NCBI GenBank assembly: GCA_028704015.1
Contig: JAQVLT010000004.1
Coordinates: 6,052-70,051 of the forward strand
Length of the DNA: 64,000 nt
From: Patescibacteria group bacterium
Lineage (GTDB): Bacteria > Patescibacteriota > Patescibacteriia > Patescibacteriales > JAQVLT01
Direction: 5' to 3'
In this document: positions 29,570 to 39,228 of the stretch, one piece after another
Position numbering within the stretch: the first letter of the stretch is position 1
Layout: the number at the start of each line of letters is the position of its first letter
Notes under the pieces: model-generated
What the model was told of the DNA's origin: nothing
Seen by the model: only the letters and a program-made list of their open reading frames with translations
The model's database searches: none
Made by a program: the position numbers and the translations under genes

Positions 29570-30610
29570 ATGGAAAAATCTAAAAATATTGAAACACCTC
29601 AATCGCCATCAGAAATAACAGTTGAATGGCTAAAAACAATACTTCCTCAAAAAATAAGCAACGAAATTATTTCCATAGAGGCGGATGAAAAATTTAGACC
29701 AAACGGACACTTGGGAAAAATTGAAAAAATTAATATTAATTATGCCGTCCAAAACCAAAATCCCGGATCGGTAATTATTAAATTTCAAAAATGTTCCAAC
29801 CCGAAAAAAGAAGCGGAAATTTATCAGCTTTTGGAAAATGCTGGCGTTTCTTATATCCCGCATTTGTACGGAAAATTCGGCGAGGGAAATTTGGTTCTGG
29901 AAGATTTATCTTCAACTCATTCGGTGCAAGAAACTTTTACCATTGACCAGATCAGACAAGTACTTTCACTGCTTGCCGATCTTGATAGCAGATTTTGGGG
30001 CGATTCCAAAATTCCCAAGGATAATTTGAGCCATTTCGTCAATTCAATCAACATAAATTTTGAGAAGGGCTGGAATAAATTTAAGAATAGATGCGAAAAA
30101 GAATTGGGAGGGGAGATTGCCGACTTTGAATGGATGTGGAAAAATCGTGAAATTATCTCAAGCTATTACAATTCAAGTCCGACAACTATGTGCCACGGCG
30201 ATGTAAACAGGTCTAATTTGCTTTTTCCCAACGACAAAAAAAATAAACCGATACTTATCGACTGGCAACTTTCCGGGCAAAAAGTGCTTCCGTTTGATCT
30301 TTCTTATTTTTTGGTAAAAGCGCTAACCGTGGAGCAGAGAAGGGAGTATGAAGAAAATTTACTTGAGGAATATTATAATTTGCTGCCTGAAAAAATAAAA
30401 TCCAATTATTCTTACAGTGACTTCATTTTAGATTACAGAGCTTGCGCAACCAGATCCATGCTTAGCGCGGTCACGAAATTCGGACCAATCTTTGAAAATG
30501 ATTTTAGTAATGAAGCGGCGGACAATTTATCAAAACGAGTTATTGAAGCCGTGAGAGATATTAAACCAATAGAAGCTATTCAAGAGTTAAGAAAATATAA
30601 AAAATTTTAA
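29570..30610 (+). CDS. Aminoglycoside/choline/ecdysteroid kinase-like phosphotransferase
   Basis: VIIK, LVLEDL, HGDVNRSNLL, LIDWQ, DLSY. Confidence 0.85.
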   Translation: MEKSKNIETPQSPSEITVEWLKTILPQKISNEIISIEADEKFRPNGHLGKIEKININYAVQNQNPGSVIIKFQKCSNPKKEAEIYQLLENAGVSYIPHLYGKFGEGNLVLEDLSSTHSVQETFTIDQIRQVLSLLADLDSRFWGDSKIPKDNLSHFVNSININFEKGWNKFKNRCEKELGGEIADFEWMWKNREIISSYYNSSPTTMCHGDVNRSNLLFPNDKKNKPILIDWQLSGQKVLPFDLSYFLVKALTVEQRREYEENLLEEYYNLLPEKIKSNYSYSDFILDYRACATRSMLSAVTKFGPIFENDFSNEAADNLSKRVIEAVRDIKPIEAIQELRKYKKF

Positions 30611-30618
30611 AAAATATT

Positions 30619-30972
30619 ATGAAAATATACCCAAAACAATCAAAATCAGACAGGCAGACAGACGATTTTTATTTTGGCGATTATGGCGAAATACCGATTG
30701 GAGTTTCGTTTGTGACAATTGATAAGAATAATCAAGATGAAATGCAAGATAAACTGCATTATCATCTTAAATCAAAAGAATTTTACATTATTCTTGAAGG
30801 GGAGGGGATTCTGGAAGTGGAAAATAAAGAAATTATTTTAAATAGCAATTCAATGATCATGGTTGAGCCGAACGAGAAACATCGGATTGTCAAAGCGATA
30901 AAATTGCCGTTTAGTTTTATTGCCATTTCAACGGAAAAAAATAAAAATGATAAAATAATAATTGAAAAATAA
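30619..30972 (+). CDS. Cupin domain protein
   Basis: HYH...EFYIILEGEG...PNEKH. Confidence 0.85.
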   Translation: MKIYPKQSKSDRQTDDFYFGDYGEIPIGVSFVTIDKNNQDEMQDKLHYHLKSKEFYIILEGEGILEVENKEIILNSNSMIMVEPNEKHRIVKAIKLPFSFIAISTEKNKNDKIIIEK

Positions 30973-31241
30973 AAATACATAGTTCATTTCAAGCGCAAGG
31001 AGTAAAAGGGGATAAAAAAAACGCTTTTTTTGAATTTTTTAGAAACGAGTGGTTTGTATTTATTCTTTTTTTTACGTTTCCAATAAGGGTGTTTTTCCCA
31101 GATGCCTGGGATGCAATGAAACAAAGGAGGCGGAAAAAAAGAATAAAAAAAAGAATAAAAAAATCCGGCCAACCATAGCAAAACACGCGCATGCCACAAC
31201 ATGCGCTTTTTTTATTTTTAAAATTATGTTATACTAAAATC

Positions 31242-32462
31242 ATGAATAAACTAATTAAATTAATTAGCGCAATTTTTATTTTAAGCGTAATTTTAAACGT
31301 TAATAATTTTGCGTTGGGCCAAGATGAAGCGATAAATAACGAGGTTAAAGATCTGAATAGCGAAATTTCCGATAAAAGAAGCAGGCTTGAAGAACTGCAA
31401 AAAAAACAAAAAGACTATTCTTCGGCTATACAAAAAAAACAAAAAGAACAAGCCAATTTAAATAATCAGCTTTCCATCATTGAAGACCGTATTGCCAAAT
31501 CCGAGATAGAGTTAGAAAGCGCGGAATTGGAAATTGACAAAACTAATTTGGAGATAAAAAAAACAAACTTAGAAATTGACACAAAAAATAGGGAAATTGA
31601 GCGAGAAAAAGAACATATTTCCAATGTTTTGCGCATTATTTACAAACAAGATCAGGTATCATCTCTGGAAATTTTATTAATGAACGATTCTTTGTCTGAT
31701 TTTCTCAACGAAATGAAGTATTTGGAGGACGTCAATAGTGAAATATTAAATAGTGTTGAAAATTTAAAAGATTACAAAAAACAGCTTGAAGACCAAAAAA
31801 TAAATCTAGATGAAAAAGGCAAAGAATTAGAAAAATTAAAAGCTGACTTAGAAAGCAAAAAAGACATGTTAGCCAGCGAAAGCGATAATAAAAATTACCT
31901 TTTGGAACAGTCGGAAAATTCCGAGAGTGAATACCAGCGCTTGCTGGCGCAAGCGAAAAAAGAGCAGCTTCAAGCGTCTAATGATATCGCTAATTTGGAA
32001 AAAACAGTCCGCGCCAAAATTGCCGACATCAATGATCAAAGGCTTGAATTTAACGACAATGGCTTGATTTGGCCTGTGCGAAAAAATACTATTACTTCGA
32101 TTTTTCATGACCCTGACTATCCTTTTAAATATATTTTTGAACATCCGGCGGTTGATATTAAAGCCGGGCAGGGGACTGCCATAAAAGCAGCTGCTTCCGG
32201 CTATGTAGCACGCGCTAAAGATGCTGGCAAAGGTTATAGTTATATCATGCTTGTTCATGGCAATGGCATATCTACGGTTTATGGTCATGTTTCACAAATT
32301 TACGTAGCTGAAGATGAATATGTTGTTCAGGGCCAAACAATCGGTTTGAGCGGCGGCATGCCCGGAACCAGGGGAGCGGGACCTCTAACTACCGGGCCAC
32401 ATCTTCATTTTGAAGTTCGTGTTAACGGTATTCCTGCCAACCCTCTTGAATATTTGCCTTAA
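31242..32462 (+). CDS. Coiled-coil M23 peptidase (EnvC/CwlO-like murein hydrolase)
   Basis: Signal peptide, long coiled coil, HPAVD, YGH, GPHLHFEV; start at ATG 31242. Confidence 0.9.
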   Translation: MNKLIKLISAIFILSVILNVNNFALGQDEAINNEVKDLNSEISDKRSRLEELQKKQKDYSSAIQKKQKEQANLNNQLSIIEDRIAKSEIELESAELEIDKTNLEIKKTNLEIDTKNREIEREKEHISNVLRIIYKQDQVSSLEILLMNDSLSDFLNEMKYLEDVNSEILNSVENLKDYKKQLEDQKINLDEKGKELEKLKADLESKKDMLASESDNKNYLLEQSENSESEYQRLLAQAKKEQLQASNDIANLEKTVRAKIADINDQRLEFNDNGLIWPVRKNTITSIFHDPDYPFKYIFEHPAVDIKAGQGTAIKAAASGYVARAKDAGKGYSYIMLVHGNGISTVYGHVSQIYVAEDEYVVQGQTIGLSGGMPGTRGAGPLTTGPHLHFEVRVNGIPANPLEYLP

Positions 32463-32507
32463 TTATTACTCTTTATCCCTCTCCCTTCGGAGGGGGATTT
32501 ATTTTTT

Positions 32508-32885
32508 ATGGAACACGAAATCCTAGCGCAAAATATTTGCAATGAAGCATTAAAAATATTAAAAATGCCTCACTTGAAATTTCGCCCAATGGCGAGAAGA
32601 GGATTAGTCAACACGAAAAAAAGTTACATAATAGGACGAACAAATCTGAAAACCGGCTTGATTACTATTGATATTTGGACGCCTAAGAAACAAGAAGCAA
32701 AAAAAATTTCCAGCATCCTATCCATACTCTGCCATGAAATAGCTCATCACCAAAAGCCTCCGTACCGGCAAAAATACAAAGGCCACCTTATCATCAGGCG
32801 GCATTATCCGAAGTTTTATAGACAAGTGAAGAAGAATATATTGAGACTAAAAAACAATAAGGAGATGGGGGAATACTTTGTATAG
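32508..32885 (+). CDS. Small zincin metalloprotease-like protein (SprT/WLM-like)
   Basis: LCHEIAH (HExxH) and a downstream HYPKF. Confidence 0.65.
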   Translation: MEHEILAQNICNEALKILKMPHLKFRPMARRGLVNTKKSYIIGRTNLKTGLITIDIWTPKKQEAKKISSILSILCHEIAHHQKPPYRQKYKGHLIIRRHYPKFYRQVKKNILRLKNNKEMGEYFV

Positions 32886-32978
32886 TAATAGAGTTTTTTT
32901 AAAATTTACAACTTAGCTAATAAAAAAGGAGAAGTCTGTGAGTCTTCTCCTGTGGACAAATTTTTATCTGTAATCTTG

Positions 32979-33197
32979 TTAAACCCTTTCAAGGTTTTCA
33001 AGATTCCACTCCCTCCTTTCCAAACGTCCTTTGTTTTTACCACTTACAATTCTGACACGAACATATACGGACCGTTTAGTATCATGCGAGAAATGACGCG
33101 GGTATATTTTAGCCGATATTAGCTCCCCGATGAGACCCGAGCGTGCATTCTTCACTTTCATTCCGCCACGCAGATCTGCCTCTTTGAGTTTGGCCAT
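32979..33197 (-). CDS. Orphan basic small protein
   Basis: 72 aa; GGAGGG RBS just after the Xer stop; terminator hairpin near 32922-32951. Confidence 0.55.
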   Translation of the reverse strand: MAKLKEADLRGGMKVKNARSGLIGELISAKIYPRHFSHDTKRSVYVRVRIVSGKNKGRLERREWNLENLERV

Positions 33198-33218
33198 CTT
33201 TCCCTCCGTTTTTTGGGG

Positions 33219-34181
33219 TTAGTTTTTTAACTTCTTACCGCTATGTAGATTCTTATGAATGTCGCGGAGTTGCTTATTAGTAACGTGAGTATAAATTTGC
33301 GTAGTTGCAATATTCCTGTGACCAAGAAATTCTTGCACCAAGCGCAAATCTACGCCGTTAGACAGTAGATCTGTGGCAAATGAGTGGCGAAGGGTATGCG
33401 GAGTAGCCATTACCGGCAAACCGCCAATTTTGACGTATTTTTTGACAATATCTTCAACGCTTTTAGGTGTTAGACGTCTAGAAGCGGCGGTTTTACCGGT
33501 ACCTGGCTTATAATTTATAAACAACGCTTCATCTAGATCGCCACGGCCGTCTAAATATTTTCTCAACCATTCAATCGCGCGCTCGGAAAAATAAACCGTG
33601 CGAACCTTTTGCCCTTTGCCAATCACGGAAATCTCCAAATCTTTAATGCCGGTTTTTATTTTTAACTGCTCGCGATTCAAAGCAACCAGTTCAGCCACGC
33701 GCAATCCGGTAGAAAATAAAGTTTCTAGAAGCGCTCGATCCCTTAAACCAATCTTGGTTTTTATATCCGGGGTCAGAAGCAGGCGTTCAACCTGGTCTAA
33801 ATTTAAAAATTTAACTTCTTTATCGGCCTTGTCCTTGGCTAATTTGATTTTAGAAGGCGACAAAGTGGCAATATCTTTTTCTACAAAAAATTCCAGCAAG
33901 CTGCGTAGAGCAATCAAGTAATAATTCTGTGTAGATTTTTTTAATGATTTTTTTGTTCGCGGATCAACATGGCGAGATAAAAAAACACGATACTTCCAAA
34001 CGTGATCGCTGGTCAAGTCTTTAGGCTTCAGTTTATCCAACTTGTTGTCCCTCAACCAGCTAAAGAATCTCTGCAAAAAACGAGTATAATTTTCCTGAGT
34101 TTTAGAGCTCAAGCCTTTTTCAATTTCGGAATAATCCAAAAAGTCGGTTAAGTATTGAATTATTGTTTTATTTTTTGTCAT
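33219..34181 (-). CDS. xerC: Tyrosine recombinase XerC/XerD family
   Basis: STGLRVAEL, GKG, HTLRHSFAT, LGH...TTQIY. Confidence 0.88.
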   Translation of the reverse strand: MTKNKTIIQYLTDFLDYSEIEKGLSSKTQENYTRFLQRFFSWLRDNKLDKLKPKDLTSDHVWKYRVFLSRHVDPRTKKSLKKSTQNYYLIALRSLLEFFVEKDIATLSPSKIKLAKDKADKEVKFLNLDQVERLLLTPDIKTKIGLRDRALLETLFSTGLRVAELVALNREQLKIKTGIKDLEISVIGKGQKVRTVYFSERAIEWLRKYLDGRGDLDEALFINYKPGTGKTAASRRLTPKSVEDIVKKYVKIGGLPVMATPHTLRHSFATDLLSNGVDLRLVQEFLGHRNIATTQIYTHVTNKQLRDIHKNLHSGKKLKN

Positions 34182-34437
34182 AATATTATTATATCACAAA
34201 TTTATCAAAATATGGCCTCTTATAGAGAAGGATAAAAAGGGGAGGGAAAAAGAGAGGTATAAATAGATAATGGTCTGACAAAGCAATAAACTGATATTTG
34301 AATTAATAAAATTTATTTTAATACTTTTAATTCTATTTAATTTAACAAAATTAAATATTAAAGTTTTAAAGACTGTCGGCAATCCATAGGGGAGAAACAA
34401 AAAAACAGCCGAAATGGCTGAATTTTTGTTATACTAT

Positions 34438-34465
34438 ACTTCGCATAATGTAGATTAATTAACGT
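34438..34465. other. dif-like chromosome dimer resolution site
   Basis: ACTTCGCATAA-TGTAGA-TTAATTAACGT: left arm fits XerC arms, right arm is divergent; about 260 bp upstream of xer. Confidence 0.6.
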
Positions 34466-34504
34466 ATAATATGCATTCAATTAACGCTTAAAGCTAATTT
34501 GTAT

Positions 34505-34663
34505 TTACTGAATAACTAGACCCATAACATGTAACTCGGGAAAAAATAATAACAATATTTTTAACAGAACTAAAAATATTCCAACAATCAAAACGCAAAA
34601 TAAAATAATCGCAAGAACAAAAATAACTTTAAACATTTTTTCTGCTGATGGTCCGCTGCTCAT
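34505..34663 (-). CDS. 52-aa small membrane protein
   Basis: MSSGPSAEKMFKVIFVLAIILFCVLIVGIFLVLLKILLLFFPELHVMGLVIQ with a host-like AT-rich start; below the ORF-track cutoff. Confidence 0.55.
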   Translation of the reverse strand: MSSGPSAEKMFKVIFVLAIILFCVLIVGIFLVLLKILLLFFPELHVMGLVIQ

Positions 34664-34777
34664 ATTTATTTATGTCTTTCACGAAATAAGCGCAAATTAA
34701 ACGCTTTATCTCGTAAAATGGCTTTAATTTACTTAAAATATATAATATTTTGCTAATTTTAGCTAAAATTGAATAAT

Positions 34778-35671
34778 TTAACGATAATATACCCTTTCTT
34801 TAAACCTTAGATCAATATACTTCAGATTTTTAAAATTATTTTCTAATTTTTCTTTTCTGAGAATCACTAATCTGTCTAACTGTGATTTTATATCTTCCTG
34901 CGAATTAAAATATATTTCCGGTCCATTATTTATTTTAATTTTAACAGTATTTACGTTTTGGTCAATTATAAATTTTTCAATCGTTTCATTTATCGGGTTA
35001 ATTTTCTGAAACTCATTGAATAAATAAGTTATAGCGACAATATCAGTATTATTCAAATCAATTTTATTATTATTTATTTTTGAACCACCCTGGTTATAAA
35101 CTATCGGGTATTCCCCTACTTTTATTTCCAAAGAATTTATCTCATTAATTATATTCCCTTCGCTATCAATATTGTAATATTTATCCCCCTCATTCCAAAT
35201 TAAAATTATTATTTTTTCTTCCACCTTTATAACAATTGACCTTTTAATCAAATTTTTATGCGCGGAAACATTTTTAAAATTATATTGCGCGGCTAAATCG
35301 TTTGCCAATTTATTGGTGTTAAAAACAAAAATATTATCCTGAGGCATTATAGCGTATCGTCTTTCACCAACCTGGCTCCATGCAATATTTAAAATCTCAT
35401 CGGAGTTAACTCTTAATAAGCTATTATTTATTGATATACTTTTTATTGAAAGAAAATTAGAAAAAAATAAAAAATAAAAAATAAAAATCGCCAATAGCAA
35501 AATTAAAAAAAATATTAATTTTATTTTTACAGAAAATTTTGGCAAAGAACTGGCGAATTTGGTTTTTTTGTTATGAAAAAAAGGATTTTCAAACCTCTTC
35601 CCTCTCTTATTTACTCTTCCGGACTGAGTAAAAAACTTTTTTTCTTTAAAATTATTCCCTCTTTGAAACAT
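34778..35671 (-). CDS. ftsQ: FtsQ/DivIB-like cell division protein
   Basis: Basic N-terminus, single TM, POTRA-like region, C-terminal YIDLRFKERVYY; follows ddl. Confidence 0.75.
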   Translation of the reverse strand: MFQRGNNFKEKKFFTQSGRVNKRGKRFENPFFHNKKTKFASSLPKFSVKIKLIFFLILLLAIFIFYFLFFSNFLSIKSISINNSLLRVNSDEILNIAWSQVGERRYAIMPQDNIFVFNTNKLANDLAAQYNFKNVSAHKNLIKRSIVIKVEEKIIILIWNEGDKYYNIDSEGNIINEINSLEIKVGEYPIVYNQGGSKINNNKIDLNNTDIVAITYLFNEFQKINPINETIEKFIIDQNVNTVKIKINNGPEIYFNSQEDIKSQLDRLVILRKEKLENNFKNLKYIDLRFKERVYYR

Positions 35672-35702
35672 ATTTTATTTAATATTAGATAAAATATCAA
35701 TA

Positions 35703-36638
35703 TTACTTTATATTTCCTTCAATTAATTTATCCAAAAATTCACCAAATTCCATGCCAGCGGCCTTGGCGGCCTGAGGCGCGAGCGATGTGGCGGTCATGC
35801 CGGGAATGGTGTTTATTTCCAAAAAATAAAGCTGATTATCATCTTCCGACCAAATAAAATCAGCGCGCGCCAAGTCCTTGCAGTCAATAGCTTCATAGGC
35901 GTTGATCGCGTCTTTTTGAATCTTATTTTTTATCTCATCGGGAATATTCGCCGGGCAAACCTCTTCGCTCCCTCCTATTTCGTATTTTGCTTTATAATCA
36001 AACCAACCGGAAACCTTGGGAATAATTTCAACAACCGGCAAGGCCTGCGGCGGGTTGTTTCCCATCACAGCTACGGTTAGTTCCCTGCCTTTGACAAATT
36101 TTTCTAGAATCAAAGACTGGTCGTGCTGAAATCCCAACTCAATCCCATCTTCCAATTCTTCTTTGGTTTTGGCGATTGACATTCCCACCGAAGAGCCAAG
36201 CTCAATCGGCTTGATGACGATCGGTAAAGATAATTTTTTTATAATTTCATCGGAATCAAATTTTTTATTTTTATTGACGACAAAATCCGGCGCGGTTGCC
36301 ACTCCTTTATTTTTGACAATTATTTTTGTCTTATATTTATTCATCGCCAAGGCGCCCGCCAAACAGCCGGAAAAAACATAAGGAACATTAAGCCAATCAA
36401 GCATGCCTTGCAATTTTCCATCTTCGCCGAACGGGCCATGAAGCGCCGGAAAAATAACATCAAACTTTTTTTCCAAACAATCCAAAAAAAATTGCTTTAA
36501 ATCAGTTTTTGGATCATAGCGAAAAATTTCGTATTTATTTTTATCCAAAGCGTCATAAATTTTATCTCCGGTTTTTAATGACACCTCCCTTTCGCCGGAA
36601 ATGCCGCCGGATAACAAAGCTATTTTAATTTTTGACAT
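35703..36638 (-). CDS. ddl: D-alanine-D-alanine ligase
   Basis: GGISGEREVS, LHGPFGEDG, GSSVG, DYKAKY, EINTIPGMT. Confidence 0.95.
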   Translation of the reverse strand: MSKIKIALLSGGISGEREVSLKTGDKIYDALDKNKYEIFRYDPKTDLKQFFLDCLEKKFDVIFPALHGPFGEDGKLQGMLDWLNVPYVFSGCLAGALAMNKYKTKIIVKNKGVATAPDFVVNKNKKFDSDEIIKKLSLPIVIKPIELGSSVGMSIAKTKEELEDGIELGFQHDQSLILEKFVKGRELTVAVMGNNPPQALPVVEIIPKVSGWFDYKAKYEIGGSEEVCPANIPDEIKNKIQKDAINAYEAIDCKDLARADFIWSEDDNQLYFLEINTIPGMTATSLAPQAAKAAGMEFGEFLDKLIEGNIK

Positions 36639-36643
36639 ATTTT

Positions 36644-36853
36644 TTAAGCTAACGATAAAGCATCGTGTTTGCAGGCGTTAACACACGCGCCACAATTCAC
36701 GCATTTGCTATTATCAATTTCTACCAACTCTTTTCTAGTGATTGCGCCAACCGGGCAAGCTTCGGCGCAGCCAACACAAGCTCCGCCGCAAGAACAACTA
36801 GTGCATTTACCATCTTTCCAACAACATTTTTCGTAATTTATTGTTATTGACAT
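36644..36853 (-). CDS. 2[4Fe-4S]-type ferredoxin with extra cysteines
   Basis: CVGCAEACP and CVNCGACVNAC; start at ATG 36853. Confidence 0.85.
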   Translation of the reverse strand: MSITINYEKCCWKDGKCTSCSCGGACVGCAEACPVGAITRKELVEIDNSKCVNCGACVNACKHDALSLA

Positions 36854-36938
36854 AATTTTGACATTATTTATTAAAAGGAATAAATTTATTGATATACACA
36901 CGTCTATTTTCTTGAACCTTCACGACAAGGAGAAACTA

Positions 36939-37211
36939 ATGCCTAGACTGCCGAATGATTTAAGGCTGTGTGGGTTTGGGCAATATAAACCGTGTCCGTT
37001 TGCTCATGGCCCAATGCCCAAAGAGACGGCAGAACAAGGATGTTTGGCGGGAACTAGGACTGGAGCTGAAATTTTACAACAGTTCCCTGAATTGGCAAAA
37101 ATATGGGCGAAAAAATGCCCGGAAAGCAGAATCACAATCCCGCTATCGCGGTGGGAAAAAACTCTTTCGGCGATTTACCGTCGTTTGCCCATATTATGGG
37201 GCGTCGGTTAA
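36939..37211 (+). CDS. Orphan small protein
   Basis: 90 aa from ATG 36939; TTGACA at 36858, AAGGAG RBS, terminator near 37235-37263. Confidence 0.55.
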   Translation: MPRLPNDLRLCGFGQYKPCPFAHGPMPKETAEQGCLAGTRTGAEILQQFPELAKIWAKKCPESRITIPLSRWEKTLSAIYRRLPILWGVG

Positions 37212-37262
37212 AAAGCCGTCAAAGCACTTTTGAGCGACCCTGAATTTCCAAGGTCGTTTTTT

Positions 37263-38582
37263 TTATTTTTTTATTTTTATTTGACTATTATTTCCCGGCA
37301 TCCATTTACGTAAAACTTCCGGAATCACTACGCTGCCATCGGCCTGCTGGAAATTTTCCAGAATTGCAATTAAAAATCTCGGACTGGGAATTGCAGTATT
37401 ATTTAACATGTAGACAAATTCATTTTTACCTTCTTTTGTTTTATATTTAACGTTCAGTCTTCTGGCTTGCCAATCCAAGAAATTTGACGCCGATCCGGTT
37501 TCTCCGTAGCCATCGCGACTCGGAATCCACGCTTCCATGTCAAACATTTTATATTTTCCAGCGCTCATATCGCCAGTACAAATTTGCAATACGCGGTAAG
37601 GCAATTTTAATTCCTCATGCATTTCTTTTGAGATATTCAACATTTCCAATTGCATTTTGTCAGATGCTTCAATATTGGCCGGCATCAATATCACCTGTTC
37701 AACTTTCATAAATTCATGCACGCGATAAAGGCCTTTTGTGTCCTTGCCATAGCTGCCGATTTCACTGCGATAACATGGCGAAAATCCGCACATTTTCAAA
37801 GGTAAATTTTCCTCTTTCAAAATCTCACCGGAATAATAAGCGAGTAGCGAAGGTTCAGCCGTGCCGATCAAAAATTTATTTTCTTTTTTTACGGCGCCGT
37901 CAGCTTCAACTTCGGCATTTTCAATTTTATAAATTTCATCAATTTCTGAATTGTAATGTTTACCGGAAAAATACCCCGAACCAAACAGAGCAAACTCTTT
38001 TACTAACGTTGGCGGGATCATCGGCGTGAATCCTTTGGAAATTAATTTTTCCAACGCGAACATCATTAAAGCCAATTGCAGTGATGCCGCTTCATTTTTT
38101 AAGTAATATCCGCGATAGCCACTCACCTTCACTCCCCTCTCAAAATCTATCAAGTCCAAATCGCGCGCCAATTCAACGTGTGATTTTGGCGTAAACTCAA
38201 ACTTTGTCGGCTCTCCCCATTTATAAATTTCCACATTTTCACTTTCATCTTTGCCAATTGGTACATCGGTCGCCGGAATGGTTGGCACTTTTACCATTAA
38301 ATCAAAATATTCTCCGTCAATTTTTTCCAATGCCGGTTCCAATTTGCTTATTTCTTCTTTTATTTTTTTACCCTCTTCAATTTGCTCATCAGACGGCTTT
38401 TTTCCCTTGGCTGATTCAGCCAGCTCGTTACGGCGCGCACGTAAATTCTCAATCTCCGCCTGTGCTTCCCTCTTTTCCTCATCCAATGCCATCAGTCTAT
38501 CAATATCTATTTTAATATTTTTATTTTTTGCCGCCTCCTTTATTTTTTTCGCATTATCACGGATAAATTTTATGTCTAACAT
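37263..38582 (-). CDS. serS: Serine-tRNA ligase
   Basis: MLDIKFIR, GTAE, CYRSE, GLYRVHEFMKVE, LNNT. Confidence 0.96.
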   Translation of the reverse strand: MLDIKFIRDNAKKIKEAAKNKNIKIDIDRLMALDEEKREAQAEIENLRARRNELAESAKGKKPSDEQIEEGKKIKEEISKLEPALEKIDGEYFDLMVKVPTIPATDVPIGKDESENVEIYKWGEPTKFEFTPKSHVELARDLDLIDFERGVKVSGYRGYYLKNEAASLQLALMMFALEKLISKGFTPMIPPTLVKEFALFGSGYFSGKHYNSEIDEIYKIENAEVEADGAVKKENKFLIGTAEPSLLAYYSGEILKEENLPLKMCGFSPCYRSEIGSYGKDTKGLYRVHEFMKVEQVILMPANIEASDKMQLEMLNISKEMHEELKLPYRVLQICTGDMSAGKYKMFDMEAWIPSRDGYGETGSASNFLDWQARRLNVKYKTKEGKNEFVYMLNNTAIPSPRFLIAILENFQQADGSVVIPEVLRKWMPGNNSQIKIKK

Positions 38583-38671
38583 ATTGTAAAAATTAAATAA
38601 TTTAAAAAATTAAAAATAAATCAAATCCCCCTTGGGGGATGAGGATAATTTTATAAAATTATAATACTTTA

Positions 38672-39223
38672 TTATTTCCATAATTTATAAATTTTACAAT
38701 TTTTTCTGTCTAACAAACTTTTTAAAGTAAAATTATTAACTATCATCAAAGTTAAACTATTAATTTCCGCCTCGCAATATAAATTTTTTCCTATCTCTTT
38801 TTTAGCTTCTTTTATTTTTTCATCGGTTAAATGGCGACCAATGGTAACGTGCGGTTTAAATTTCTTTTCATAATCCTTATATTCTGGCAAAACATAATCG
38901 CCATATTTTGCTAAATTTTTGCTGATCACTTTTTGCAACTTTAATAATTCTGGATTTTTGTCAGCTTTAACCATTATACACCAACCACGCGAAGATTTAT
39001 TGCTCGTCCATAGCTTTGAAAAACCTAATTTTATAGACCTAAAATTTTTAGCAATAATTTTAATATCCTCTTTTAAATTGTTAATATCTTTTTCTTTTAC
39101 TTTTGTTCCGTTTTTTAACGATATATGAAATTTGAACGGTTTATCATATTTTTTTCTAAAACCGTCAAACCAATCAGGTTTTTTTGTTAATTTGAATTCC
39201 ACAATAACATTAAAATATTTCAT
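38672..39223 (-). CDS. 2H phosphoesterase (2'-5' RNA ligase family)
   Basis: FHISL and PHVTI HxS/T motifs. Confidence 0.8.
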   Translation of the reverse strand: MKYFNVIVEFKLTKKPDWFDGFRKKYDKPFKFHISLKNGTKVKEKDINNLKEDIKIIAKNFRSIKLGFSKLWTSNKSSRGWCIMVKADKNPELLKLQKVISKNLAKYGDYVLPEYKDYEKKFKPHVTIGRHLTDEKIKEAKKEIGKNLYCEAEINSLTLMIVNNFTLKSLLDRKNCKIYKLWK

Positions 39224-39228
39224 AATCA

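Noticed and set aside
33219-34181. Integron integrase with orphan ORFs as gene cassettes
   Set aside because: I see no IntI-specific insertion or attC-like sites, and the orphans are scattered with their own promoters
34182-34437. oriC in the AT-rich gap upstream of xer
   Set aside because: No cluster of DnaA boxes was seen, and genes converge here, which fits a terminus
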